NCBI GenBank assembly: GCA_016748015.1
Contig: JAAOMT010000749.1
Location: forward strand, 1-64,000
Direction of reading: 5' to 3'
DNA from: Geosiphon pyriformis uo1
Taxonomy: Eukaryota > Fungi > Glomeromycota
Length of the DNA: 64,000 bases
Of the stretch, positions 13,487 to 26,885 are shown one piece after another. The notes under the pieces are model-generated. The model searched no databases and was not told where the DNA came from. It saw nothing but the letters and a program-made list of their open reading frames with translations. A program made the position numbers and the translations under genes. Every line of letters starts with the position of its first letter. The first letter of the stretch is position 1.

Positions 13487-14289
13487 CTAAATGAGGAAGA
13501 GGATTATAAAAAGGTTTAGGGTAATTGGGTGGTAAATAACAGAATCCAGTTTTATAAATGATGATCCGAAAAGGGACTCGTGATCGAGAACAGTATAAAG
13601 ATGCGTCCCTTAATCTCGAGATGACCACAATAATTGGGGAAAGATTGGATACATTATTAAAGATATTTATCGTTTTGGAATTCATTTTGGAAATTTGGGA
13701 TTAATTTAAATTATTAATCAAAAATGCAAATTAGGAAAAACATCCTGATGGCTCTATTCTATGCTTGTCCCAAAATGTGAGTTGAGATAATTTCTGAAAA
13801 TGTCCTATACTTCAAACAAAATACAAAGCTTTTGGACTGAAACGGGTTCAAATCATGAATAAGATTTTCTTCTGAAAAATTTGTCAAATATCTGTTATTA
13901 AAATATATCTCTTATATTGTCTCAAAACCTGTATTTATTTTTAATTTCACGAGATGCCTAAGAACTAAATTTCAAAATTTACAACTTTTTAATAGATTAA
14001 AGCTTTGCACTCAAATCAACGTTGGATGATTCGAAGAATTTCGTAATTAGATAGAAGGTGCCTTGCATATTGTTTAATTATTTCACAGGGCAACAGGGAT
14101 AGGAGAATTATCGTTTGCCTAAAAAACGAATACTCACTAAATTGAAAAATTAAAATTTTCTTCATCACTCACTCATGTATCATTGTTTATTAAAAGTGAG
14201 CATCCAAATAATTCGAATCCTTGGAAGGGAGTTAACACCTGAGTTGACCAGGAACTCACGAGCGGTGTTCTAGATCAGTTTTCAATTGA

Positions 14290-14860
14290 TTGATCCGTCC
14301 AAACCCTTTAGCTCTCCATCAAAAAGCCTCATTCACATCTTTTTCCACGCCAGTTACAAAATTTTTAAGATTGGTCTATTTCCACATCGCATCCGAGAAC
14401 TCCAATTCACCAGCTTTGAGTGATAACAGAGATGCTTTTCGTTTATTTTTGAGTAAATCAAAATATCCACAATTATACTTTGATGTCAAATTGATTTAAC
14501 TGTGTACATGGCCCAAAGAGCGGATTTCATGTAAAATTCAATAGCTTTTTTGTTATTTCTGTAAAGTCCATAGATCCGGCCGACTTGATTTGCCGCAAAA
14601 GTATCACCAGCAGTGGCTGCAATTTGATAAAATTTGAACTTTGATTCTTAATTGTGAGGATCTATTGCGTATTGATGAAAGAAACCACGCAGACAAACTC
14701 AGTCTGCAATATGTATAATGAGTGTTGCATGGATATCTTGGGTCGATTTTTCGATAGATTTACAATATTCAGAGATTCTATTGACCTTGACAAAAATTTG
14801 CTTTTGAGATTCCAAGTTTGGAGATATTAATAATTGGATAGATGAAATTCCAGCTTTCGA
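14290..14860 (-). pseudogene. Degenerate SEL1-repeat gene
   Basis: Minus-strand fragments FKFYQIAATAGDTFAANQVGRIYG...NNKKAIEFYMKSA...TGVEKDVNEAF, interrupted by stops and frameshifts. Boundaries are approximate. Confidence 0.7.
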
Positions 14861-17229
14861 AAAATATATCTTTTATTATTATTTAAAAAACTCATTTCAG
14901 CACATAAGCGTTGGTTTTAAGGCTCGACGCTAGTCTCGATTGTACAAACCAAATGATACAAAAGAATACTTTACTATTAAGCTTTTTGAATGGGTATATT
15001 AATTAATATTCTTTTAATCAGTCTTCTTTAATTCAGTCAATATTAATTGAATGAAATTTAACAGTTATTTTCGTTTCTTTTTCTTGATTTGATGGTTCGG
15101 GAACTTTTTTGATTTTATGGTAAAAACATTGAAGTTTTCAAAAATTTTGGATTGTTTATTGAATTTAATGGTCTAGCTCTTCGGACACCTTGTTTATGAC
15201 AAGAGAGAAAAATACTGATTTCCCCACTCATCAAAAACTAATCAAAAGGCTAAGAATATATATTTTGAATTTAAAAGTTGCATTGTTATGTGATTGGCAG
15301 CTTGTTTTTTTTTGTTTCTGTCATATTCACTTGAAAACTCCCGACTTGCATCAGCCAAGTCAAAAAATCTTTTTAAGAAACTAAGTGGAAACCTTTTATT
15401 GTAATTCTTATAGAAAATCTTAACTTATTGGTGCTTGAAGTTCTTGCAGTTTATATCGTGGTAATTTAATTATCTTTTATGCAGCATCATAAAAACTTTT
15501 GCTTGACAATCCCTATTATTACTTATTATTTGCTGTCGCAGTTTCCAGACTGTTGTCCTAAAATGGTAAGTAATAAAAGCATTTCTCTTTTTTGTTCGCT
15601 TTATTATTCTCTTCCATCAATGTTGTTTTGATTAAAATGGTAAGTAATAAAATTGCTAATTTTTTCTTGTTCTTTTTTTTTTACTTTTCCCATTCCATCT
15701 TTCTTTTTTTGTTGTTATCACTGTATTTATCATCTTCATTGTCTTTATCATCATTATCTTTTGCCACCATCCTCTTTTCAATCAGTGCCTTGATTAATAC
15801 AATCTGGATCATAAAAGTTACTCTTTACTGTCATCATTATTTTGATTGCTGCCTTGATCTGAAAGAATTAGAAAAAAAAAGTACTCATTGCCATTACCAT
15901 TTTTTTGTTCTTATTTTTTATTGTTATTATCACCATTATTTTGCTATCACCTTGGTCTGGAATTAAAAATTTAATATTTTTGATTACATTTTTTTCTTGA
16001 CTTTCTATCTCATTTTTTTTCTTTCTTTCTCTACTTGTCATTATTTTTATTTTTTAAAAATCTTGTAATTACTTACTTTATTGCTTCTTGTACCAAATTT
16101 CCAATAAATTGTAATAGATTGATTAAGAATTAATTTAGTCACTTTTTTTAATGTATTTATCTACACATTAGACAACCAAAAAATTTAGCATATTATTACA
16201 TCATTAGCTGAAACAAGAAAATATCATTGTTAAAATATCTCTATTTGGCATTTATCTTCATGATATTTCCACTTTTTTTTAAATTTTCAACCTATAAGCT
16301 TTTTAGTAATATTGAATTAGGCATTAATTTTAAATGTTCTGAATCTGAATAAACAAGTTGTAATTATTAATTATGATTATTTTTGTTGTTTTCTTTTATT
16401 TTGATAAGTTAATCTTAATGAACCTAAATTGGCTAAGAATATTTTTTAATATTGTTTTTACTTGTGGAATACAAGAATAGAAAACAGTCAAAAGCATTAA
16501 ATTAAAAAAACAAAATAATATTATAGAAAAAGTTGGTTAAAGCCTATAATTATTTAACAAAACCGTGGTTTTAATTATTTTAAGTAAATAAAAGTTTTAT
16601 GAAACTGTTATTTTTTTAAACATGTTTTTATAAAGTTGCTTTAGCTCAGTTTTTATTAATATTATAAATAAAAAAAATAAAGTACTAAATACACAAAATA
16701 AAGTTAATAAACATAATATAAATTATTTTTTCTTTTGTTTTTATAATACATCACATTACATTATTGTAATTTATGTTTATATTTTTACATTTTATTAATA
16801 TATAAATATGTATATTGGTATAAACTCATTTTCAGTTTAATAATAATAAACATCTATTATAATTTTTTTATTTTAAAACAAAAAATAATTTTATTTGTAT
16901 AAAATTAAATCTGATAGCAAACTTCTTTGAATTTATAGTATGCAAAAATAAGTTCACAAAACCCAAGCAAATAGTTTATTTATGTAGTTTTTATAAAAAA
17001 AATAAGCAAAATTGATTAGCAAAATATTAAATATATTGTTCATATTTTTATTTACATGAACAATTAAAATTTTACAAAAAAACAAATTGGTACAATCAAC
17101 TTTCAGATGCAAAAAGAATAAGACTAAAAGTCTTGATGAAAAATATTTACAAAATATGTTCATAAAAAGATTATTGCTTTTTTTACTTACAAATTTGATG
17201 CTATTATTATTTTTCTTTTTAAGATATCA

Positions 17230-17720
17230 AATATAATGAACCGAAAAACAATGAAAATTATGCAAAAGATGCTTGGCTGAGCACATTATTAATTTTCACA
17301 ATGTTTAATAGCCAAAGCAGAGAAATTGGAAGTTTGTGTTATTATCTGAAATGAAGCTTATATGTTCAAAACTTGTATCTGGTCTTTGACAGTCCCAATT
17401 CCATAATTATAACACCACGTCTGAAAAATCAAAAGCTCAAAAAGTTTGAGCCAATCTACCCAAATAATTTCCCAAATTAAAAATAAAATACGTGAGCTTA
17501 CAAGTTGGTTTTGTCCAAAAGAATCATTATCATCAGCTGATATTTTATACCAAGCCAATGCTTCTTTTTGATTAAGCAGTAGACTGGCGCATATTGCTAT
17601 GTAACGTTGAATTATTAAAAGATCAAAAATGACTTCTAATAATGAATTTATTTTTTGAAGCTAATCAGACATCCATTGGATTACTTTGAAATCATCCCCC
17701 GTTTTATAAACACAGTCACT
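17230..17720 (-). pseudogene. Degenerate SEL1-repeat gene
   Basis: Fragments KKEALAWYKISADDNDSFGQNQL and WCYNYGIGTVKD match the SEL1 consensus. The frame is broken by stops and indels. Boundaries are approximate. Confidence 0.65.
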
Positions 17721-17803
17721 ATAAATTCATAAAACTAATACTAGCAAGAGACGGCTAACTAAAAAGCACCTAATAAAACAGTAAATTAGCAATTTGATTT
17801 TTC

Positions 17804-18439
17804 CTAAACTATTACCAAAGTCAATAGCTCCCAAGTTAAGGCTCTATATTCTTGGGGTTTGCTATCTATTAGTCTCTTTGCTTCATCAATTCTCGACGCA
17901 ACGGTTTTTTCTAGCGCTCCCAATATATCGAAATCAATCAACAACAATTTTATTTCTGGGTCACCTCTAAAATTAACCTTGTATGTACTACGATCCGGTC
18001 TTTCATCGGTGACTGTTACCCAGCCAAGACAAGCCCAAACTACATAAAAAGAACCCGATTGATAGGAACCGTAAGTATTTAGTTGAATACGCTCCACATT
18101 TCTGCCACCAACGCTAGGCCAGTATGGAAGTTTTTGATAATATTTCTCGTGCACATGGTTAGCTAAGTCCTTTCTTGCATCTCTTAATACTTCACGGAAA
18201 TCTCCTCGATCGCGACTTTTTAGTTTCGCACAAAGTTCCTCAACGTAAGCTTCAATTTTATCGTGATATTGTTTCCAAACTTTAACGCCATCATCGTGTC
18301 CTGTGTGAGGAACATTGAACTCATAATTAAAATGGTAGCCGCTTAAAGCACCTGTCACTTTTAGATATGCTACGGTTCCACTCCTATTGTAGTCAAAAAG
18401 TTCCGCAATAGATGGATATCGACTGCGTAATGCCGCCAT
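17804..18439 (-). CDS. Hypothetical intronless protein, 211 aa
   Basis: 633-nt ATG-initiated ORF, more GC-rich than its flanks, with globular-protein-like composition. No family recognised. Confidence 0.7.
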   Translation of the reverse strand: MAALRSRYPSIAELFDYNRSGTVAYLKVTGALSGYHFNYEFNVPHTGHDDGVKVWKQYHDKIEAYVEELCAKLKSRDRGDFREVLRDARKDLANHVHEKYYQKLPYWPSVGGRNVERIQLNTYGSYQSGSFYVVWACLGWVTVTDERPDRSTYKVNFRGDPEIKLLLIDFDILGALEKTVASRIDEAKRLIDSKPQEYRALTWELLTLVIV

Positions 18440-20451
18440 TTATTTGAGCAGACCGAGCAACCATCAATGCTGAGTCATCAACTACGGAGATGTATCTCTT
18501 CTTAGTTGAAATTATCTTAATTGAATCAAAGTGACGAAGAAGTTTGTATTTCGAATGGATAAATTTTATTATTAAAAAAATTCAAAGTTAAATAACTTTT
18601 TCCAAACATTAGCCTTATAAATTTACTTTATAAAGATGTGCTAGCATCAACAAGTAAAGCAGGTAAGTGTGGATTTGTAAAAAAAAGATATCATCAACAG
18701 CTTTAATTGATTTGCTTTTGATTTTTTTTAGACAAAATCTGTAATTTTCATTTTTAAAATATTTTATTATTTTCATAAATCTCTGTTTAATAGAGAACCC
18801 AGTTTGAGACAAAGCAATCGTATATGCTCTTAAGATTTGCCAAAGTGTCTGTCTATTCTTCATGTTATAACCAAAGTTTATTTGAGAGTTGAGCGTTTTT
18901 AAAAGATACTTTGATAACTTTATAAAAAACCGTCTCTCTCTTTCGATTTTAAAAAAAATGACTTCTTTAAATTGAACGAAAGAATTTCTACTTTTATTGT
19001 TCTCCTATTTATTGTAGCTCTTGGACATTTATAGTTTAATATTGAAATACTTAAAAATTTTCTCGACCCAAAGAAGTTTCATAAATATTTTAAGATTTTG
19101 AATTTTTTGCTGGTTGCAAATGTTCCTTTCCGGATGAGATTTTCCAACGTTATTATTTTAAAAAGTTACTTCAAAGCTTTTTGTTTATCAACCGAAATCT
19201 AATTTCTCAATGGAAATAATTGATAATTTTACACAATATTTAGTTTTAGAACCTGTTTTTTTCAAAGTTATTTTCTTTTCTTTGAAGTTAATGAGAGTGA
19301 CTATTAATCATCAAAAAATTTTATAGAAGCCTTTTAAAAAATTTCAAAATACTTTTTTGACAGAACAGAATTTTTCCGAGGTTAGAAAATATTGTTGAAA
19401 GTTTGATAAATATGCTCCGAAGTGTGTTGAATTTGTGGGAGGAAATTCAAAGATAAAAATTTTTTAACTAATTTCTGTAGAGCTTGAAATGTTAATTCTT
19501 AGGTCGAGAGAATAATGAGTTGAGTTGGTACTTTAATAACTAAAATTAAATTTCTGTCATAGAAAAAAACAACGAAAGAAACACTTTGTTTATTGATATG
19601 ACAAAAAGATGTAAACAATTATTCATCACCACCAAACGATCCAAATTCTTAATTTGAGATTTACCAAATTTATTATTGAACCTAGTAATTGAGTTGATTT
19701 CGGAGATCCGTTTTGAATATATCAGATATAACGGTGATATATTGATGATCATTCACTTTCAAGGCTTCTTTGTACAAATACATCAAGATTCACTTACTTT
19801 TTTGTTAAATTTAATTCGATTTTATTGAAAAAACAAAAAGCAGGATATTGAGGCCTTTTTAATTCAATTTTTTGAGATTCTCAATTTATAACTTTCGTTA
19901 CATTACCAAGAGCTCTCTATTTATGATAATAATTTTATAAAATTTTTGTTATAATAATATTTAATGCAAGCCAAATCAAGAAATTTAAAAAATGGTTCAA
20001 TTTTTTTTTAATGGAAATTCTTAAAAACTTTTAATCTTATGCACATAAATAATATTCTTAAATTAAAGCTCAAAAAATTAATATATTTTCAGCATTTAAT
20101 TTACGAAAAAATTTAATTTTAAAAAAACATTTTGAAATACTGTGTTAGGCAATTTTTTTTATTCAACGACAAGTTCGAAATGCCAAGAGATTTTATTAAA
20201 AAACTATATTTTTGATTCTGTACATCCTCAACACTCAAATTATGCTTTTTCCGAACACAATGGTAACTTTTTGATAACAAGTATGATAAAATATACGTCA
20301 CACATTGAATGTTAATTTAGAAATTTCTATTTTAGTAATGTTTTGTATGCGTTAAACTTATAGCTTGCAGATTTCAATGACATTGTTATGAAGTCATGAA
20401 AAACTCACTAGAGCTTGACTCAAACCCTTCATTACGGGTGTTCCTTTTTCT

Positions 20452-20557
20452 ATTTTATTTTATTTTACTTTATTTTATTTTATTTTACTTTATTTTATTT
20501 TATTTTACTTTATTTTACTTTATTTTATTTTAGTTTACTTTATTTTATTTTAGTTAT
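20452..20557. repeat. (TTTTA/TTTAC)n pentanucleotide microsatellite
   Basis: About 20 tandem TTTTA units with TTTAC and TTTAG variants. Confidence 0.9.
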
Positions 20558-21181
20558 TTAACAGTTACTAAACCAATATGCAGGTTAAATATTGCATTTT
20601 TCCAAAAACGCTTGAGCAGAGCAATGAAACTTCTTGAGAAAATCCTAGCAATCGTTTTAGTTCAAGGAACCTTAAAATGCCAATCCTCTCCATATATTCA
20701 ATGTGTGAAAATGCAAGGCAAGTTGGCTAAGATTGTGAATCAGAATACAGGTCAAATTAAGTGCTTTAGACCACCCTATTATTGAATCTACACATTTTAC
20801 TCAGTTATCAGAATAGAAAGTTTGAATATATAAAAATTTTTAACTCTATTTTATCTCTATAACCGGAAAAGCACGCTCAAAGTAATTCCGACATCATGTA
20901 ACTTCAAAACCTTATATCAGGAATTGGGTATGAATTAACTAACAATTTTTCTATCTAAATTAATATCATCAAGATTAATCTTTAATGAATTTCCCAGCAT
21001 TGGCGTTGTTCCCCTTTTTCTCAAAAATTAATTGCAAAAATAGGTTCATTCTTTTCATTAATAATCATCTTACACAATTGATTAAGGTGGGACAATAAAC
21101 CCCCTCTCAAGTACTTACCTATGAAATCGTGGAACCTATTGTATCACCTCATTCTATTAAACATCAGAGCCAAAAAAAAAT

Positions 21182-24100
21182 ATGTCTGGACGTTGTCAAC
21201 TCTTTCAACCTTTTACGAACATTATGAAAAATCTTGGAGTTTTGCCTAAACAAAATAGTAATAATTCTTTCGTTACTCAGGGTAATGATTTTGAAGGCCA
21301 ACAAAACCCAAATACCGTGAGTTCATTGACTAAAACGATACCAGATGTTGGAGGTAAGGTTTTGATTGCTCAGTGCAGGATTTTTGATAATCGAGATTTT
21401 TCAATATTATGTACATGTAATAATAAATTTTATGAGATAATGAAAATATTTTGAATGTTTTAAACATTCTAGTGATGGTCCGCGGTCGATACAAAATAAT
21501 AAGAAAATGCGGTTTTGGCGCATCACATGATGTGTGGAAAGCAACCGATAATGGCAAAAAATTTGCCCTAAAATTTTATCTTGATGAAAAACCTTTTGAA
21601 ACAGAATCTCATATGTTGAAAGAATTAAAGGATCAGGGTGCAAAGGTGAAATTCTAATCTTAAATTAATTCCAAAAATTCGATAAAATTATTAATTAAAA
21701 TTATTCCTATGTGTATATAGAACATAGTCAAAATTAAAGAAACCTTTGTACCAGAACTGATTGTTTCCTTTAAATTTGCTCTGGTATGTGAAATAAAATA
21801 TTACAAAAATATTTCTCAAGTATTTAAGATCTCAGCATATGTTGACTATTTTTATGTTTAGTATGATCTGGAAACCTTTGTACGGTACTTGACTTACAAT
21901 GAATGCCAACAAGAAAAATTTACAATTATTGAGGTAACTCTGTAGATTTGATTTCTGATTCATTGAAACATCTCTCAACCCCCTACTTTTTATAGAGCAT
22001 AGCTGCAGGTTTAGAAGAATGCCATCGAGCTGGAATTGGTAAGTAGATAATAAGTTGATTTTTGATTAAATTTTTATCCTAGACCCTAAATCTTGAGGCA
22101 TGAAAATTCTTAGTGCATACGAATTTGACGCCTAAGAATGTAATGCTTTTCAAAAAGAAAAATCGAAAAATTTGGAGGTTAATCGATTTTGATAGTGCTT
22201 GCCACGTTGATGATGATGTAGAAATTGGTGCCCGTTCCATTCATTATTGCTGGTAAACATAAGATGATTTTTAAATAGCGGCCCTTTCATTTATTTGATG
22301 AATATATTCCTTTCAAATTTCATAAAGTCCGGAATTGATTCGAGCAGAATACGATCAAAATGGAAAGCCGCTTAAGGCTCATCAAGCAATGGACATGTTC
22401 TCCTTTGGACTCTTGTTATTTTTCCTTGAAGCAGGTTGCCATTATTTTAATTGTGTTACAGACGAAACGATTGAATTATTAAAGTCACCCGAACCACTAC
22501 CGGAACGTCATGAAGTTATTGATGAAAAAACACGTAACCTAATCCAGAAGTTATTAGAGAAAAAGAAAGAAAACCGAATGACCATCAAACAATTCAAGGT
22601 GAGAAACTTTAATACTTTTTAATTTATATTAATCATAATTTGATTCCTTTAATCATTTACACAAATACTCCCAAGGAATCTGGATTCTTGACACAAAACT
22701 CAAATAAGGACCATCATTGTAAGTTCTTATAAATAATTATCGCTTGTCTCGACTAGGTATTCGACTTTGGGGAGTTTCTACTGGATAAATGAATACTACT
22801 AAATAGATTTGTAAAAATAGGTTGTAGCTTAACAGGAACGCAAAGCCATTCTGCTGTTGACCAACTAGCGCAAGAAAGCCGGCCCCATATTTCTGTTGAG
22901 GACATGGAGGAATATAAAGTAATTTAAATATGTTATGACCTCTACTTAAGCTTCCTGACCCTTTTGCCTTCGAATTTTTTAATTTAATCTTTTTTTTTAA
23001 TTAGCGAGTTCTAATGGAAACGTTGAAAAAATACCAAGAGGACAGAATGGATCGGTTAAATTCAATCGATGAAAAAATAGGGGAAATCCTTAATGTTTGT
23101 AAAGAATTAAAACAATTAATTCCAAAATGGGTAAATCATTACTTGAATTCTAAGACTTCCACATATTTGACATGTTTTTTTTTACGCTCAAGAATGATTA
23201 TATACTTAGTTGTCGAAATTAAAAAACGAAAAAATGCCACGCATTTTTCTCCTTATACCTAGTCACCCTAACTGGAAAAATCCTGCGTAAATTTTAAAAC
23301 CATCCTTTTTGAGTTTCTTTTTTCTGCTGTGAGAAGTTCTAATCATATACCTTTCATTTCTGAAAAGGAATTGGCGAAGTAAAACTTTTACGCTATACTT
23401 CGTTTGTGAGCATAGTCAACAAATGCATGTTCCAAAGCATGACGGTTATTCAGTTAAACAGATACCAGAGTTTATCAAAAAGTATGGGCCTTGGATCAAA
23501 ATAGGGTATGTTTGTCATTTTACTTGAAATTTTAAATTTTTTAATCTAATAATTATTCTCATGTCACACTCTTGAAGTCTCCAAACACTATCAGGTGTCT
23601 CTCGAGTACTGACTTCCAATATCTTTCCGGGAGGCGTTTTTGAAATGTTGGACTCAGTCTTTAATATCCGCACAGATTCTGACATGGTAAACTATATACA
23701 GCAAATTGCCGACGCTATGGACGCCTGGAATGAATTTATGCCTGATACAAATCCATTGTTAAAAGCTTCGGAATTTGATAACGCTTCAAAGTATCAGACT
23801 CTTAGCATTCAAGGGTTAAAGGCACTGAAAGGTGAGTATTCATTCACTTTCTGTAAAAAAGAATTTTCAATTGTCTAAATCTTAAAATATTTGTAAAGGG
23901 TACATTGACCAAATGGATAGCGATCATTCTTATGGTGGACTCGTCCAAAAAATTCATAAAGAAAGCAACGAAGTTGTGTGGGTGTGTGAAGAACACGCCC
24001 ATGAATACTATGGACAATCACAAAAAGAAGTTTCTATAGAAGATCAGCGAAGCTTGCCATATTCTCCAAATGGTATTACAGCTGGAAAACATGAACAATG

Positions 24101-26327
24101 CGGTCAGCATGAAGGAAATGGGCCTACACCAGAGGGCTTAAATACCGATTGGCCCCAAAATCAATTCAATGAAGTTATTGAACGTGCAAACTCATATAAT
24201 TCTAGCACGACGGATGAATATATTCCGTGTACGCATACTTCAAGATATTCTTTTAATAATGTTTGTCCTTCCGTCGGCACAGATTTCGGTTTTTCCACCA
24301 TTACATGTATGGATCTTTTGAAAATGGTTGAATTTCTCATAATTGACATTCAGAAAAGTGCAAATAACACACAACACCGAAAACGATATCGCCAACGAAT
24401 CAATAAATTTTTGGAAACAGCTGGTAATAATGCATCGAATCTTCAGGCGAGGCTCGTAAAACTAACGGAATGCGAAAACCAACATAAACTTTTAACAATC
24501 TTGAAACGCTATGTCGCCTTGCTACTCTACCTTTTACGATTCATAGTCCGTTGTAATTTCGGTTATGCATCATTCAACGTTTTCAATGCTCATTATGTAT
24601 TCCATGAGTAAGTAATTTTTCGTTTGAAAATTTTCTGACAATCGATAATATATTTGACACAGCGCTCTATATGATTTAGGTTACATGACAATGGGCTCAA
24701 TTTCCACAATTCTTTTGAGAGATTAGTGAAATGCTTGGATGCCTACCAGCATTCTCCAACCTTTGGAGACGACATTTCAAACGAAGTAAATTTATTTTTT
24801 GAATGGGCAGAAAAACTGAAATGGTTGGATCCCCGATCGCTTCCTGAAGAGTTCATGATTAACAATTATATAAGCATAAATAAAATTACGACACCTGATG
24901 CAAGTTACTCTCGAGATCGTGATGGGGAGTCAACTTTTCAAATTATCAAAAAGACTCTGGATAAGAAGATTACAGTTGCCGAAATGTCTTTAAAAAAAGC
25001 AACTGATATTGAAGAATTGCATATGCTAGAGAAAATTGTCTATATGTACACAAAGTATGAGTTTAACAAATGTTCAAATATTATCCAGGTAATTAAAAAT
25101 GTTGTTTGTAAAACTTAAAAGTAAATTTATTGTTTTTCTCATAATTTACCGTCTCTAAAGTTCCATGGATATTCTGTGAGAGATCCAGCATATTTCTGTT
25201 TATTATTTGACTGGGCTGAAAGCGGAGATCTCTGGACTCATATGAGAAAGTTTAGCAAAATGGAATCCCTCGATTCTCCTGCACTGAAGTGGGATGAAAG
25301 GATTAGGCTTTCATGTGAAATTGCTCAGGCTGTTAATTATTTACATGAGGTTTGTTTTAATTTTTATAGATTTTTAAATCGTAGGGTAAATAATAATATT
25401 AAATTTATCCAATCTTCACAGAAAGCAGTAGTACATCTTGATTTACGTGCCAGCAATATTCTTCTCGTTCCAGACAAAGAATCAAACACAATGAAAGCGA
25501 AGTTGACTAATTTTATTTTCAGTGAGCGTTTAATCGGTGAAAGAACAAATGTAAGATGTCAGATTAATAAAAAACTTCGAAAACGTTGGTATGACCCACA
25601 ACGTCTCGTCCAAGCTCAATTTATCCCAGAAAAACCTTCGGATGTATACAGTCTATCGATTTTATTCTGGGAAATCCTGAATGGGACTGGCGAAATACCC
25701 TATGCAGATGTTAAAGATGATCAACTCAAAGACCATGTATCGCGTGGTCAACGAAATAAGATTCCTGAGGTTCCAGAATGGGCCCAAGAAATGGAGGTTT
25801 TGATGAACCAGATGTGGCGACATGACGCTAACGAAAGGCCCGACATAGAAGAGGTTGTCGGTATCCTTGAGAAGATAATTGAAACCATTGGAGAATCAAC
25901 GATACAAAAAATCCTTCAGGATGTACCTCAAAGTTCAAACCCTATAGCAATTACTTCATTGCCGGAATCACAAGAAACTAAAACTATATTACCAATTGAA
26001 GAAGCAATCAACTTATTTGAAGGTAAAACCTACGAAGAAGCCTTCCCATCACTTTTATATCATGCTGATCGTGGAAACATTCTGGCATGCGATTACATTG
26101 GAGAATCCTATCAATCAGGACTTGGCACGTCGCCCGACATTGAAAAAGCCATTGAGTATTTTATCAAATGTTCTCGACTCAAGCAGCAGGCAAAAGCGAT
26201 CCCATTGACACTTCCAATGCCAAAGACTTTTAACATTGATTCAGCTAAGTTAGACGTTAATGCTGCCGAACGTCAATCAAGAACTGGACGAATTGATTCG
26301 GCAATCGGGTCACCTCTTTTTGAATAG
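21182..26327 (+). CDS. Multidomain protein: kinase-like - COR-tail-like module - MLKL-like helical bundle - TKL kinase-like - SEL1 (~17 exons)
   Basis: Kinase 1: CGFGASHDVWKA..FALKF, VHTNLTPKNVML, LIDFDSA, SPE, DMFSFG. Middle: MPRIFLLIP, TLYFVCEH, HDGYSV..PEFIKKYGPWI, YGGLVQK..VVWVCEEH. Helical bundle at ~24300-24750. Kinase 2: LLFDWAESGDL, VHLDLRASNILL, RWYDPQRL, SDVYSLSILFWEI, RPDI. SEL1: YIGESYQSGLGTSPDIEKAIEYF. Canonical GT-AG introns throughout, including an in-frame ~72-nt intron at ~25350-25421. A single-gene model is my reconstruction. Confidence 0.8.
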
Positions 26328-26885
26328 GATTTATAAACCACTTATCATTGTTGATATGTTTTAATAGGTTTCAAGCTGAAGGAATAATAGACTTTCTTTA
26401 ATGTATCTTGGAGGTATCAGTTATTTATTCATGCTAAAAGCATGAGCTTAAAAATTAGGAAACGAAACTTTTACTATACTTTTCATAATTAGTAAAATTC
26501 GACCACTTTGTATTATTAATTTATTATTATTTTAATTATTTGCTTGTTAACTACTCTAACAAGAAATTAATTTAACATGAGGTTTTTAGCTGTATTCAAA
26601 GGTCTTATTAAATTTCTTTTTCAGCTAGATTTGAACACAGATTTCATTTACCCATAGACCACCAAAAATTTTTGTTAAATATATGATATCAAAAACTCTT
26701 TGTTAAATCATTTTTTAACTTTGGATCGAAATTATTATTTGAATGAAATTTTTAAAAAGGTTATAATAAAGTTGATGCACTGCACATGCATATCACATGT
26801 TTCAAGGAGGTACTAACAGTTTTTTAAAGAGATTACTCACTTTTTGTCAGTAAAAATAAATAAATTAAACTTTGGGACTTTCCAA

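Noticed and set aside
15592-15966. 124-aa hydrophobic ORF
   Set aside because: Low-complexity T-rich sequence with a non-ATG start. It is probably the antisense of a decayed acidic/basic coding relic whose identity I cannot assign.
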